Below, in pieces: positions 10,187 through 19,430 of a stretch of 64,000 nucleotides of DNA (its first letter is position 1; the number at the start of each line of letters is the position of its first letter). This DNA comes from an uncultured bacterium (GTDB taxonomy: Bacteria > Patescibacteriota > Dojkabacteria > J137): positions 381,511 through 445,510 of the forward strand of contig OY969472.1 in NCBI GenBank assembly GCA_963700155.1, written 5' to 3'. The position numbers and the translations under genes were made by a program. The notes under the pieces are model-generated. The model had not been told where the DNA came from. It worked only from the letters and a program-made list of their open reading frames with translations, and made no database searches.

Positions 10187-10467
10187 GCTTCATCAATCTC
10201 TTTATTTATGTCTATTTTCTTTTTATTTGGATTTGCCATTCCAATAAAGTCTTCAAAATTTGTATATTTTTGTTTACATGACTTCGATTTTGTAGAAGGT
10301 TTTTTGACTCCCCATTTTTCTAAAAAATCAGCATAGCTTATCAAAACCGATTTTGGTTCATCATGATTAGTTATAATAACTGGAGTTTCTGTACTTACAT
10401 CTAAGTACTTTGAGAATCCATCTCTAACAACAGAAACATTTTCTTTTATATATTTATTTTTTGCCAT
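10168..10467 (-). CDS. Phd/YefM-family antitoxin with a C-terminal extension
   Basis: PVIITNHDEPKSVLISYADF matches the Phd/YefM core. Confidence 0.6.
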   Translation of the reverse strand: MAKNKYIKENVSVVRDGFSKYLDVSTETPVIITNHDEPKSVLISYADFLEKWGVKKPSTKSKSCKQKYTNFEDFIGMANPNKKKIDINKEIDEAWKPNI

Positions 10468-10549
10468 ATGAAAATATTATCATAATATGGCGCTTTTGTA
10501 CAAATTTTTGCCAAATGAATTCAAGTATGAAATAGAGTAAAATATAATT

Positions 10550-11017
10550 ATGGATAAAGATTTACGAAAACACATAGTCTATCTTCTCGAAGATGGTGGA
10601 GCTCATATGTCATTCATGGAGGCTGTAAAAGACTTTCCCGAATCTGCTATAAATCAGAAACCACCAAATGTAGAATATACTTTCTGGCATTTAATCGAAC
10701 ATATTCGAATCACACAGTGGGATATTTTAAACTTCTCTACAAATCCAGATTATAAATATCTAAAATGGCCTGATGAATATTGGCCTGCAAAAAATAAAAA
10801 GGTTACAAAAGAAGACTGGGATAAAACTATTAAAGCTTATCAAAAGGATTTAAATGAGATGATAAAACTTATAAAAAATCCAAAAACTGACTTATTTTCC
10901 AAAATTCCATGGGGTGAAGGACAAACTATTCTAAGAGAAGCTATGCTTATAGCTGATCATACTGCATATCATGTTGGCGAACTTGGGATCTTAAGACAGG
11001 TAACAAAAACCTGGTAA
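10550..11017 (+). CDS. DinB/YfiT-like (DinB_2) metal-dependent hydrolase family protein
   Basis: WHLIEH ... ADHTAYHVGEL histidine pattern. Confidence 0.55.
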   Translation: MDKDLRKHIVYLLEDGGAHMSFMEAVKDFPESAINQKPPNVEYTFWHLIEHIRITQWDILNFSTNPDYKYLKWPDEYWPAKNKKVTKEDWDKTIKAYQKDLNEMIKLIKNPKTDLFSKIPWGEGQTILREAMLIADHTAYHVGELGILRQVTKTW

Positions 11018-11034
11018 CTTTCATTTATACAAAA

Positions 11035-12153
11035 TTATTTATTCTCTATAGGAAGATCAAACCAAAAGGTGCTCCCAACACCCTCTTTGCTTTCGAAGCC
11101 TATTTTCCCTCCATGCTGTTCAATAATATCTTTAGCTATTGATAAACCTATTCCAAAGGAATCTGGTTGCATCAAAGAAGCATTAGTTGCTCTAAAAAAT
11201 CTTGAAAAAATTCTATGTTGCTCTACTTCAGGAATACCAATACCTGTATCTGTTATTTCAAAATGTTCAGTATTATCAACTTTAGTAAGTTTTACTTTAA
11301 TAATACCCTTTTCTTTTGTATAGGTGATCGCATTATCTATTAGTGCCTGTATACTTATTCTCAATTTTTCTCCATCTCCTTGAATTGAGGGAAAATCCAA
11401 ATCTTGTGAAATAGTTAGTTCTATTTGAATATCTTTTAATTGTGCTTTCTCTTTAAATTCTTCTATAACACCCATTATAAGACTTTTTAGTGAGACCTCC
11501 TCTTTTATTAATACTAACCTACCTTCTTCAATATCCATTGCAGTTAGAAGAAGTCCTATACGATTTGTTATTTTTAAACTCGACTCGTAGGTTGCATGTA
11601 AAAATTCTTCCTGAGTTTCAGTTAACTTTCCAAACGAACCTTCCAATATAGACTCTAAATTCCAGTTTATTGCTGTGAGGGGTGTTCTTAGCATATGAGA
11701 TATTATCTGTACGAATTTTCCACGCAATTCATTTAGCTCTTGAATATGTGTTTCTGTTTTTTTTCGCAAAGTAATATCTCGACCTACAACAGAAGCACCA
11801 ATAATAACTCCTTTTTCGTCATGTACTGGCGTAACTGAAAATTCAACATTGACAGGAGTTTTATCTTTCCTTATCCAAACTGAATCATAATCTGCAATAA
11901 CTTCCCCTGCTCTTACTTTTTCTAAAATTTTTGTAAGTTCTTCTTTAGGGTTTTTTTCAAAAAGTTCTTCCATTGATTTCCCGATTACCTCTTCAGCAGA
12001 ATATCCAAACATTTTTGTTGCCCCGCCATTCCAGCTAGTAATTATACCTTCAAGGGTTTTTCCTATAATTGCATCATGAGATTCTTCAACAATAGCTTGG
12101 ATCTTTCGAAGTTTATCTATATTTTCATTTCCTAAAATAGTAGTTTCGCTCAT
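11035..12153 (-). CDS. PAS sensor histidine kinase (orphan)
   Basis: PAS; SHMLRTPLTAI H-box; DTGIGIP; GIGLSIA. Confidence 0.85.
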   Translation of the reverse strand: MSETTILGNENIDKLRKIQAIVEESHDAIIGKTLEGIITSWNGGATKMFGYSAEEVIGKSMEELFEKNPKEELTKILEKVRAGEVIADYDSVWIRKDKTPVNVEFSVTPVHDEKGVIIGASVVGRDITLRKKTETHIQELNELRGKFVQIISHMLRTPLTAINWNLESILEGSFGKLTETQEEFLHATYESSLKITNRIGLLLTAMDIEEGRLVLIKEEVSLKSLIMGVIEEFKEKAQLKDIQIELTISQDLDFPSIQGDGEKLRISIQALIDNAITYTKEKGIIKVKLTKVDNTEHFEITDTGIGIPEVEQHRIFSRFFRATNASLMQPDSFGIGLSIAKDIIEQHGGKIGFESKEGVGSTFWFDLPIENK

Positions 12154-12215
12154 AGTAAAAGGGTACCATAGGATGAATTTTACTTCAAATTATTAAATTA
12201 ATCTGAAAGTAGAAT

Positions 12216-12479
12216 TTATTTTCTTCTTACAACAACTATTGAGCAGTTTGTTAAGACTGCGGCTAATGCTCCGACTGCTGCAAGATATGGAGCTAAAAGT
12301 ATTCCAACAACTCCTAGAGTTACAGGAATCTCCATTACTGAATCACCTTTTTCATTTTTAATGATGATTCTTCTTGCATTACCTTCGTTAATAATCTCTT
12401 TGACTTTCTTTACAATATCGTCACCATTTAACTTATATTCTTCTGTTGTTGTTTCAGAAGTATTTTGTGTATCGTCCAT
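12216..12479 (-). CDS. DUF4342-like small membrane-associated protein
   Basis: VKEIINEGNARRIIIKNEKGDSVMEIPVTLGVVGILLAPYLAAVGA pattern, recalled from memory. Confidence 0.5.
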   Translation of the reverse strand: MDDTQNTSETTTEEYKLNGDDIVKKVKEIINEGNARRIIIKNEKGDSVMEIPVTLGVVGILLAPYLAAVGALAAVLTNCSIVVVRRK

Positions 12480-12527
12480 AAGAAATATATTTAAGATTTA
12501 AGTAACTATATTATCTCATATAAAACT

Positions 12528-12556
12528 AAAAAGCGCCCATGAAATGGGCGCTTTCA
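12528..12556 (-). terminator. Rho-independent terminator after rpsI
   Basis: GAAAGCGCCCAT-ttc-ATGGGCGCTTT hairpin followed by a T-run on the minus strand. Confidence 0.7.
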
Positions 12557-12580
12557 AAATCAATTTTAATAATTCTATTT

Positions 12581-12979
12581 TTAACGTTTTGAATACTGCT
12601 CTGCTTTTCTAGCTTTTCTAAGACCTGGTTTCTTTCTCTCAACCATTCTAGGATCTCTAGTCAAAAGTCCAGCAACTTTCAACTGCTTTTTCTTTTCAGG
12701 ATATTTCTTAACAATAGCTCTAGCCAAACCTAAAACAATAGCCTCTAACTGAGAATTATGCCCACCTCCATTAACCTTTGCTGAATACATAAAATCTCTT
12801 AAATCAAGTTCAGCAACATCAAATGGCATACTCAACTTTACCTTCTCAACTGAAGATCCAAAAACCTGCTCCAAAGGCTTCTCATTAACAGTACTCTTTC
12901 CAGCTGTACCAAATAATCTTATAGTAGCAACTGAAGTTTTTCTTCTTCCGATTGTATAAACAAAATCTTTACCTGCCAT
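12581..12979 (-). CDS. rpsI: 30S ribosomal protein S9
   Basis: C-terminal ...RKARKAEQYSKR; overall S9 pattern. Confidence 0.95.
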   Translation of the reverse strand: MAGKDFVYTIGRRKTSVATIRLFGTAGKSTVNEKPLEQVFGSSVEKVKLSMPFDVAELDLRDFMYSAKVNGGGHNSQLEAIVLGLARAIVKKYPEKKKQLKVAGLLTRDPRMVERKKPGLRKARKAEQYSKR

Positions 12980-12997
12980 ATTATTTTATATCCTTAA

Positions 12998-13444
12998 TTA
13001 TAATTTAATTTCCTTAATATTAATTAACTCAGGTTTCTGAGCTTCATGATCATGATTCTCATCTCCAAATATTTTTAGATTTGCAAGCATCTCTCTTCCT
13101 CTTTTTGTTCTAGGAAGCATTCCTTTTACAGCTGCCTCAATAGGCTTTGCTGGAAATTTCTTTATTAAATCTTCCAAACTTACATATCTTAAACCACTTG
13201 GATATCCTGAATAACTTTTATAAAACTTTGTCATTCCTCTCTTTTCAGTAAAATCAATCTTTGATGCGTTAATAATAACAACCTTATTCATTGGTTTGTG
13301 ATAATTTCTCATCTTTGGATTATTCTTACCTTGCAATAATTCTGCAACAGTAGAAGCTAATCTTCCAATTCTAAGTCCTCTTGCATCAACAAGATACCAC
13401 TTCTCTTCAATTTCAGATTGTTTTACAGATGTAACGCTTTTCAT
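12998..13444 (-). CDS. rplM: 50S ribosomal protein L13
   Basis: WYLVDARGLRIGRLAS. Confidence 0.95.
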   Translation of the reverse strand: MKSVTSVKQSEIEEKWYLVDARGLRIGRLASTVAELLQGKNNPKMRNYHKPMNKVVIINASKIDFTEKRGMTKFYKSYSGYPSGLRYVSLEDLIKKFPAKPIEAAVKGMLPRTKRGREMLANLKIFGDENHDHEAQKPELINIKEIKL

Positions 13445-13468
13445 TTATATATATTTAAATACTATTAA

Positions 13469-13963
13469 TTATTTCTTTTTTGCTGCTGGCTTTTTTGAGC
13501 CTGATACAGCTTTTTTTAATCTTCCACCAACTGATTTCTCTTCTTCAGTCTTTTTTCTCTTTTCTAATAATTTCTGAACTCTTGTCTGTTTCTGCTTCTC
13601 TTCATAATTTACTACCATTACATAAGACTGATCAGCATTATCTCCTTTTCTTGGAGTTGTTCTGATAACATGAGTGTAACCAGAATTTCTATCTCCAAAC
13701 TTTGCTTCAACTAATTTATAGAATTTGTTTAAAATTCTTTCATTAGAATTAAAATAACTCTCTAAAGTATGTTTACTTGATGGTTTCTCATCTTTAGCTT
13801 TTGTTACTAACTTATCGAATTGCGATTTTAAAATTTTTGCTTTTACAGGTGTTGTTTTTATCTTTTCTGCTCTAATAAGCTCAATAACCAATGATTTTAA
13901 AATCGCTGTTTGATGAGCCTTTGTTTTTCCCTGCATTCTGTATTTTTTGTTTCCCTTATTCAT
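13469..13963 (-). CDS. rplQ: 50S ribosomal protein L17 with a lysine-rich C-terminal extension
   Basis: GYTHVIRTTPRKGDNADQSYVMVVN. Confidence 0.9.
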   Translation of the reverse strand: MNKGNKKYRMQGKTKAHQTAILKSLVIELIRAEKIKTTPVKAKILKSQFDKLVTKAKDEKPSSKHTLESYFNSNERILNKFYKLVEAKFGDRNSGYTHVIRTTPRKGDNADQSYVMVVNYEEKQKQTRVQKLLEKRKKTEEEKSVGGRLKKAVSGSKKPAAKKK

Positions 13964-13982
13964 CTCTTTAGTATAAAAAACT

Positions 13983-14957
13983 TTATATTAATTTAATTTC
14001 GTATTTCTTCAAAGTATCAAGTAATTCTAAGAATGATTTATTTCCTAAACCTCTAATGTTAGAAAGCTCTTCTTCAGTTAATCCTTCTAATTTTCTCAAA
14101 TCATCATAACCTGATTTCAATAAAGCATTTGTTAATCTTGTTGAAAGATGAAGATCAACTACTCTTAAAGGTGGTTTCTTTTCTGTCTCATTCAAGATTA
14201 CATTATTCATGACACTTTTTTCCTGATTATTCAATTTGATTGTAATTTCTTCACCTGTTAATAAAACTTTTGAAAGCTCATTTAATCTTTCTGTCATTTG
14301 ATTAACAATATCTGATGCTACATTTAATGCTTCTTCTGGTGTAACCGCGTTATTTGTTTGAACTGTTAAGTTTAATTGATCTAATTCAGTTTCTTTTCCA
14401 ACTCTGGTTGATGAAATATCATAATTTACTAACTTTACTGGTGAAAAAGATGCATCTAATGGAAGGATTGAGATCTCTTTCCTTAGTTCTTCATTTGATA
14501 ATGCATATCCAACACCTCTTTCAACTGTTAATTGAGCTTTGAACTTTGACTTTCCACTAGTCAGTTTTGTAATTACATATTCAGGATTAATTATTTCAAC
14601 ATCTGAATTCTTTTCAATATCACCTGCTGTTATTTCAACAACTTGTCCATCTTTTCCTTTAACATCAATATTTAATGTTACAGGCTCTAAAGTCTTAGAC
14701 ACTACAACAATATTCTTTATTGCTAAAAGAATTGTTAAAACATCATCAGGAACTCCGTCTAATGTTGAATATTCATGCTCTGCACCTTCAATTTTTACCC
14801 CTGTAATTGCAGAACCAGAAATTGAAGAAAGCAAAACTCTTCTTAAAAAGCTTCCTAAAGTGTATCCATATCCCTTTGGTAAAGGTCCGATTTCAAAAGT
14901 AGCAACATTGCTTGTTGCATTGACCTTTTTTATATTGAACTGATTTAATGAAATCAT
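13983..14957 (-). CDS. rpoA: DNA-directed RNA polymerase alpha subunit
   Basis: N-terminal domain pattern (FEIGPLPKGYGYTLG...); 324 aa. Confidence 0.95.
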   Translation of the reverse strand: MISLNQFNIKKVNATSNVATFEIGPLPKGYGYTLGSFLRRVLLSSISGSAITGVKIEGAEHEYSTLDGVPDDVLTILLAIKNIVVVSKTLEPVTLNIDVKGKDGQVVEITAGDIEKNSDVEIINPEYVITKLTSGKSKFKAQLTVERGVGYALSNEELRKEISILPLDASFSPVKLVNYDISSTRVGKETELDQLNLTVQTNNAVTPEEALNVASDIVNQMTERLNELSKVLLTGEEITIKLNNQEKSVMNNVILNETEKKPPLRVVDLHLSTRLTNALLKSGYDDLRKLEGLTEEELSNIRGLGNKSFLELLDTLKKYEIKLI

Positions 14958-14995
14958 AATTATTTTTAAAAATAAATATTATTATTAATTTAAAA

Positions 14996-15595
14996 TTATC
15001 TAGAGTAAAGCTCAACTATTAATCTTTCTTTAATTGTCTGATCCATTTGATCTCTTGTTGGTTCAGCAGCAACTTTTCCGCCTTTTTCAAGTTTTTCAAC
15101 CCATTTTGGTGCAGGGAAAGCTTTATTCTGCTCAACAATCTCCTTTAAAAATGGAGCATCAAATAATGAATCTTTTATTGTTAATTCATCTCCTGCTTTT
15201 AATACAGTTGATGGAACATCATGTTTCTTGCCATTTAAAAGTATATGACCATGACTAACAAATTGTCTTGCCTGTGCTCTTGATGATGCAAATCCTAATC
15301 TAAATAAAACATTATCTGTTCTTAATTCTAATAACTGTAAAAGTCTTGTGCTGGTGTTTCCAGGAGACTTTGTAGCTAATTTATAGAATCTTCTGAACTG
15401 TGCTTCATTCATTCCATATATTTTTTTAACTTTTTGTTTTTCTCTAAACTGAATTGCGTAATCACTAGGTCTTTTCTTTAAAACAGGAAATTGACCTGGT
15501 AAAGACATTCTTCTTTTCCATTTCTCACTTCTACCTAGAACTGTTGTTCCTTCTCTTCTATTTACTTTCCATTTTGAACCTGTGTATCGTGACAT
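14996..15595 (-). CDS. rpsD: 30S ribosomal protein S4
   Basis: MSRYTGSKWKV...; S4 domain. Confidence 0.95.
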   Translation of the reverse strand: MSRYTGSKWKVNRREGTTVLGRSEKWKRRMSLPGQFPVLKKRPSDYAIQFREKQKVKKIYGMNEAQFRRFYKLATKSPGNTSTRLLQLLELRTDNVLFRLGFASSRAQARQFVSHGHILLNGKKHDVPSTVLKAGDELTIKDSLFDAPFLKEIVEQNKAFPAPKWVEKLEKGGKVAAEPTRDQMDQTIKERLIVELYSR

Positions 15596-15620
15596 ATTTA
15601 CTTTAAATTAATTAAAAATT

Positions 15621-16037
15621 TTACTTCTTTGGTGCCTTTCTTGGCTTGACTCCTCCATGTGGTACAGGAGTTCTGTCTGCTAACATTGTAATTCTTAATC
15701 CTGCAGATCTAATTCCCTTAACTGCTGCTTGTCTTCCAACTCCAATTCCTTTAATAATAACTTCTGCTTCTCTTGCTCCTGCTGTAATTGCTTGAGAGGC
15801 TGCATCTTCTCCAGCTCTTGTCGCTGCATATGCAGTACTTTTTTTGCTTCCTGCGAATCCAACTTTTCCACAGCTACTTGCAGCAATAACATTTCCTTGA
15901 TAATCAGTAACGCTAACGATTGTATTGTTATATGTTGAATTAATCTTTACCAAAACTTTTGGTGAAGTTAATTTTGACTTCTTTTTCTTTTTTTCAGTTA
16001 CTTTTGCTTTTGCCTGAACCTTTACTGCTTTAGCCAT
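15621..16037 (-). CDS. rpsK: 30S ribosomal protein S11
   Basis: GKVGFAGSKKSTAYAA...PHGGVKPRKAPKK. Confidence 0.95.
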   Translation of the reverse strand: MAKAVKVQAKAKVTEKKKKKSKLTSPKVLVKINSTYNNTIVSVTDYQGNVIAASSCGKVGFAGSKKSTAYAATRAGEDAASQAITAGAREAEVIIKGIGVGRQAAVKGIRSAGLRITMLADRTPVPHGGVKPRKAPKK

Positions 16038-16060
16038 TATCTTAAATTAAATAATTAATA

Positions 16061-16444
16061 TTAGGTCTTAGTAACCTTTACTTTTAATCCTCCAACTGCC
16101 AAATGTCTTCCTTTTCTTGTTCTTCCATTACTTCTTGTATTCTGTCCTCTAACTGGTAATCCAGATTTATGTCTCATTCCTCTATAACTTCTAATATCTT
16201 TTAATCTTTTTATTGCTTGAAAAACTTTTTGTTTAACCTGACCTTCTGTTGGAATATTCTTTTCTATATATTCATATAATCTTTGAATTTCTGAATCAGT
16301 TAGATTTTTTACTCTTGTATTTGGATTTATGTTTGTAGCTTTTAAAATCTTTTGAGATGTAACTAATCCGATACCAAATATATAGGTTAATCCGATTTCT
16401 ACTCTTTTTTCATTTGGTACTTCTACTCCGACTATTCTTGCCAT
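16061..16444 (-). CDS. rpsM: 30S ribosomal protein S13
   Basis: MARIVGVEVPNEKRVEIGLTYIFGIG. Confidence 0.95.
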   Translation of the reverse strand: MARIVGVEVPNEKRVEIGLTYIFGIGLVTSQKILKATNINPNTRVKNLTDSEIQRLYEYIEKNIPTEGQVKQKVFQAIKRLKDIRSYRGMRHKSGLPVRGQNTRSNGRTRKGRHLAVGGLKVKVTKT

Positions 16445-16466
16445 TTAAGCTAAATAATTAATAAAA

Positions 16467-16619
16467 TTAACCCTGTCTTTGTTTATGTCTAGGGTTTGAT
16501 TTGCAATATACATAAAGTGTAGGCTTAAAAACCACTTTACCGCGGCTTACAACTTTTTTATTTCTCTTTACAAAGTAACAATCTTTGCATCTTTTTTTTA
16601 CGCTAGCTCTTACTTTCAT
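16467..16619 (-). CDS. rpmJ: 50S ribosomal protein L36 (50 aa, with a ~12-aa insertion between the second and third Cys)
   Basis: Hand translation gives [50 protein letters not shown]. It is not in the ORF track (under 60 aa). It lies between infA and rpsM, as in the canonical operon. Confidence 0.85.
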   Translation of the reverse strand: MKVRASVKKRCKDCYFVKRNKKVVSRGKVVFKPTLYVYCKSNPRHKQRQG

Positions 16620-16690
16620 ATTTAATTGAATCTTTAATTAAGCTTGCAAATATAGCAAATTTTATCCCTATAGTAAATAAGTATAAACAA

Positions 16691-17011
16691 TCATGCTGCT
16701 TGAACAACTTCCTGTTGGGGATTACGTCTGCTTGTTAATCTTCTGGTAATTATACCTTTATCAATATCATAAAGTGAGATTTTTAGTCTTACTTTATCGC
16801 CTTTTTCTAGTTGAATGAAATTAGTTCTCATTTTACCAGAAACGTGGCATTTTACTTGATGTTTTATTCCTTTAAACTCTATTTCTGCTACATATATTAA
16901 TTCAGGTAAAGCTGAAACAACAACTCCTTCAAATTCTACGTAACTATCATTTTTTGGTTCCTTCTCTTTATTTTTTTTACCTGACATATTTTTAGCTAAG
17001 AATTTTAACAA
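16691..17011 (-). CDS. infA: Translation initiation factor IF-1 with N- and C-terminal extensions (start uncertain)
   Basis: S1-like core GVVVSALPELIYVAEIEFKGIKHQVKCHVSGKMR...GDKVRLKISLYD. Confidence 0.85.
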   Translation of the reverse strand: MLKFLAKNMSGKKNKEKEPKNDSYVEFEGVVVSALPELIYVAEIEFKGIKHQVKCHVSGKMRTNFIQLEKGDKVRLKISLYDIDKGIITRRLTSRRNPQQEVVQAA

Positions 17012-17062
17012 ATACTAAGCGTTTAATCAATTGTTATTAGGGTATTTGGTGATGATTTTAGC

Positions 17063-17869
17063 TCAATTGAAGTGATTTTTTGTCTTTTCTTTAAAAAACT
17101 GCTTGTTTTTTGCAATAATTACACCTGTGATGATCAAAATTACTCCTAAAGTAATTCCTGTTAATGATGCAGCCTCATTTGAAATTGCAGTATTTGGAAT
17201 TGTTACAGTTCCACCTGCAGTACTGCTACTGCCTGTAGTACTTCCACTAGACCCAGAGCTTGAGCTACCACTATCTCCGCCTGTTATTGGGGTTCCACCA
17301 CTAGAAGTTGAGGATGTAGTATTTGTCTGTACCGTTACTTCATTAGTTGTAAAAGTTAAAGATGAGCCATTTGATCTTATCAACTGTGTTCCATCAGTTC
17401 CTTGTACTACTTTTATTTGTGGAGAACCTTCAGATTGTGCCTGAAAAGTAATTTCTGCTACATCTTTATTCACTTGGAAAGCATTTCCACTCTGTGTTTT
17501 TGCATCCAATGTAATTCTTCCCTCTGAACTTACATTATTATCTTTTTCAATATCTTCTAAAGTGAAAACATCATCTAAAAGCTTTATTTGTGTACCTGCA
17601 GTTGTTGTATCTTGATCAATAACTGAAAGTTTTGACTTGTCATAGTCGATAACAATCTTATATTCTCCAATTGTTAAACTGTTTGTTTTTACCTGTACTT
17701 TTACAGTAAAAGTATCTCCAATTTTTACTGATGTTTTATCTGATGAAATTAATACACTTGAAGTAACTCCTCCACCTCCACTAATTTCAATAGTTCCAAA
17801 AGTAGGCTGTGCTACTCCGTCTAGACTTTGCGCTTGAACAATTGGTATTAATTGTATGAATTCCGACAT
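17063..17869 (-). CDS. Cell-surface protein with an S/T/G-rich linker and a C-terminal TM anchor
   Basis: Low-complexity TSSTSSGGTPITGGDSGSSSSGSSGSTTGSSST, then hydrophobic ITLGVILIITGVIIA and a basic tail. Confidence 0.5.
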   Translation of the reverse strand: MSEFIQLIPIVQAQSLDGVAQPTFGTIEISGGGGVTSSVLISSDKTSVKIGDTFTVKVQVKTNSLTIGEYKIVIDYDKSKLSVIDQDTTTAGTQIKLLDDVFTLEDIEKDNNVSSEGRITLDAKTQSGNAFQVNKDVAEITFQAQSEGSPQIKVVQGTDGTQLIRSNGSSLTFTTNEVTVQTNTTSSTSSGGTPITGGDSGSSSSGSSGSTTGSSSTAGGTVTIPNTAISNEAASLTGITLGVILIITGVIIAKNKQFFKEKTKNHFN

Positions 17870-17914
17870 GACTATATGATATTATGAAATCATATTAGAT
17901 ACCAGTAGTAAATT

Positions 17915-18745
17915 ATGAATAATTCTTTGGTATGTGTTGTAATTGTCACATGGAATAACGAAAAGGACATTGAAGAATGTCTCTCGAGTCTTCAAAATCA
18001 AACATATAAAAATTTCAAAATTATTGTTGTTGATAATAATTCGGATGATCAAACTTGCGAAATTGTAAAGAAATTTTCGGAAGTTGTGTTGATTGAAAGG
18101 GAGAAAAATTATTATTTGACTGGAAGCAATAATTTTGGGATTAAATATGCTTTCGAAAATTTCCAACCTGAATATATACTTGCTTTGAATCCTGATACAA
18201 GAGCTGAAGATAATTTAATTGAAGAATTAAAAAATGCAGTGGATTCTAATGAGAACTATGGAGCTGCAGGTCCAAAGATTAAATTTTTTAAGAATGAAAG
18301 TGAAGGTTTATTAAATTCCGCTGGTTTGATATTTGACGGCTTCGGACAAGCTTATGATAGAGGTTTTAAAGAAGAAGATCATGGCCAGTTTGAAAAAGTT
18401 GAAGAAGTTTTTGGAGTGAGCGGAGCTTGTATATTGTATAAAGCTAAGATGCTAAATGATATCGGTTTGTATTGGGATATGATAAAAATGTATCTTGACG
18501 AAGTTGAAATGTTTATCAGGGCTCATAAAAAAGGATGGAAAGTTGTTTATACTCCAAAGACCACTCTATTTCATAGCTATATGCAGTCAACTGATAAAAA
18601 CAAGTTGTTTAGTGCTGAAAAGCAGAAAGCGCGAGCTTGGCTTTTAATCGCACTAAGACATTATGATTTTAAAGCCAAGCTCGCCATGATCGGCAAATAT
18701 ATTGACTTCAGGCTCGAAGGACTAATGAAAATTACTCAATCTTAA
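17915..18745 (+). CDS. Glycosyltransferase family 2
   Basis: VVIVTWNNEKDIEECLSSLQNQTY...IIVVDNNSDD. Confidence 0.8.
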   Translation: MNNSLVCVVIVTWNNEKDIEECLSSLQNQTYKNFKIIVVDNNSDDQTCEIVKKFSEVVLIEREKNYYLTGSNNFGIKYAFENFQPEYILALNPDTRAEDNLIEELKNAVDSNENYGAAGPKIKFFKNESEGLLNSAGLIFDGFGQAYDRGFKEEDHGQFEKVEEVFGVSGACILYKAKMLNDIGLYWDMIKMYLDEVEMFIRAHKKGWKVVYTPKTTLFHSYMQSTDKNKLFSAEKQKARAWLLIALRHYDFKAKLAMIGKYIDFRLEGLMKITQS

Positions 18746-18761
18746 ATTATTTTAATATTTT

Positions 18762-19295
18762 ATGAATCCTGAAGAATTTTATTCATATTGTCCTCACTGT
18801 GGGACAAAATATGAAAATAAAACAAAAGAAGCATTAAAATGCAATAACTGTGGCTACAATTTTTATATGAACGCAGCACCTTGCACAGGTCTGATCTTTT
18901 ATTCAGAAAATGATCACCACAGAATAATGCTTGTCAAAAGAGCTGTGGATCCTTCAAAAGGGAAACTAGATGTAGCTGGTGGATTTTTAGGATTAGAAGA
19001 AACATTTGAAGAAGGGCTTCAGAGGGAAATTAAAGAAGAATTAAATTATGAGATCGATAAATCTAAACTTGAATATCTGACTTCATTTTGTGTAAGGTAT
19101 CTTTTTCAAAACGTTAACCATCACCTTGCATGTAATGTTTATATTTATCCAATTGATGAATCGATTAAGTTTGAAACTTTAGATGATGTTGCAGGTTTTG
19201 AATTTTATAATATCAACGAAATCAAAGATGAAGATTTAGCTTTTGAAGGCTTGAAATCAGTTTTGGAAAGTTATAAATCAAAAATTCTAAAATAA
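18762..19295 (+). CDS. NUDIX hydrolase with an N-terminal zinc ribbon
   Basis: CPHCG...CNNCG, and Nudix box GGFLGLEETFEEGLQREIKEELN. Confidence 0.7.
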   Translation: MNPEEFYSYCPHCGTKYENKTKEALKCNNCGYNFYMNAAPCTGLIFYSENDHHRIMLVKRAVDPSKGKLDVAGGFLGLEETFEEGLQREIKEELNYEIDKSKLEYLTSFCVRYLFQNVNHHLACNVYIYPIDESIKFETLDDVAGFEFYNINEIKDEDLAFEGLKSVLESYKSKILK

Positions 19296-19385
19296 TTACT
19301 CAACCTTGGTAAATCTGCTATAATCCTTTTGTACTAATTCTTTCAAAAATTCGATGACAACAATAATGTTATAAAAAATTTAAGC

Positions 19386-19412
19386 AGAAGATTTTAAATC
19401 TTCTATTTTTTA
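19386..19412 (+). terminator. Rho-independent terminator
   Basis: AGAAGAT-tttaa-ATCTTCT followed by a T-run. Confidence 0.6.
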
Positions 19413-19430
19413 TATTTTATAAACATTACA

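Noticed and set aside
12224-12232. Single TTGTAAGAA copy on the minus strand at the 3' end of the DUF4342 gene
   Set aside because: There is only one repeat unit, no 11-bp tandem partner, and it lies inside a coding region, so it is probably a chance occurrence.
17103-17444. Plus-strand 113-aa ORF antisense to the S/T/G-rich surface protein gene
   Set aside because: It is a mirror-image low-complexity translation (Pro/Val-rich) of the Ser/Thr/Gly-rich coding strand.
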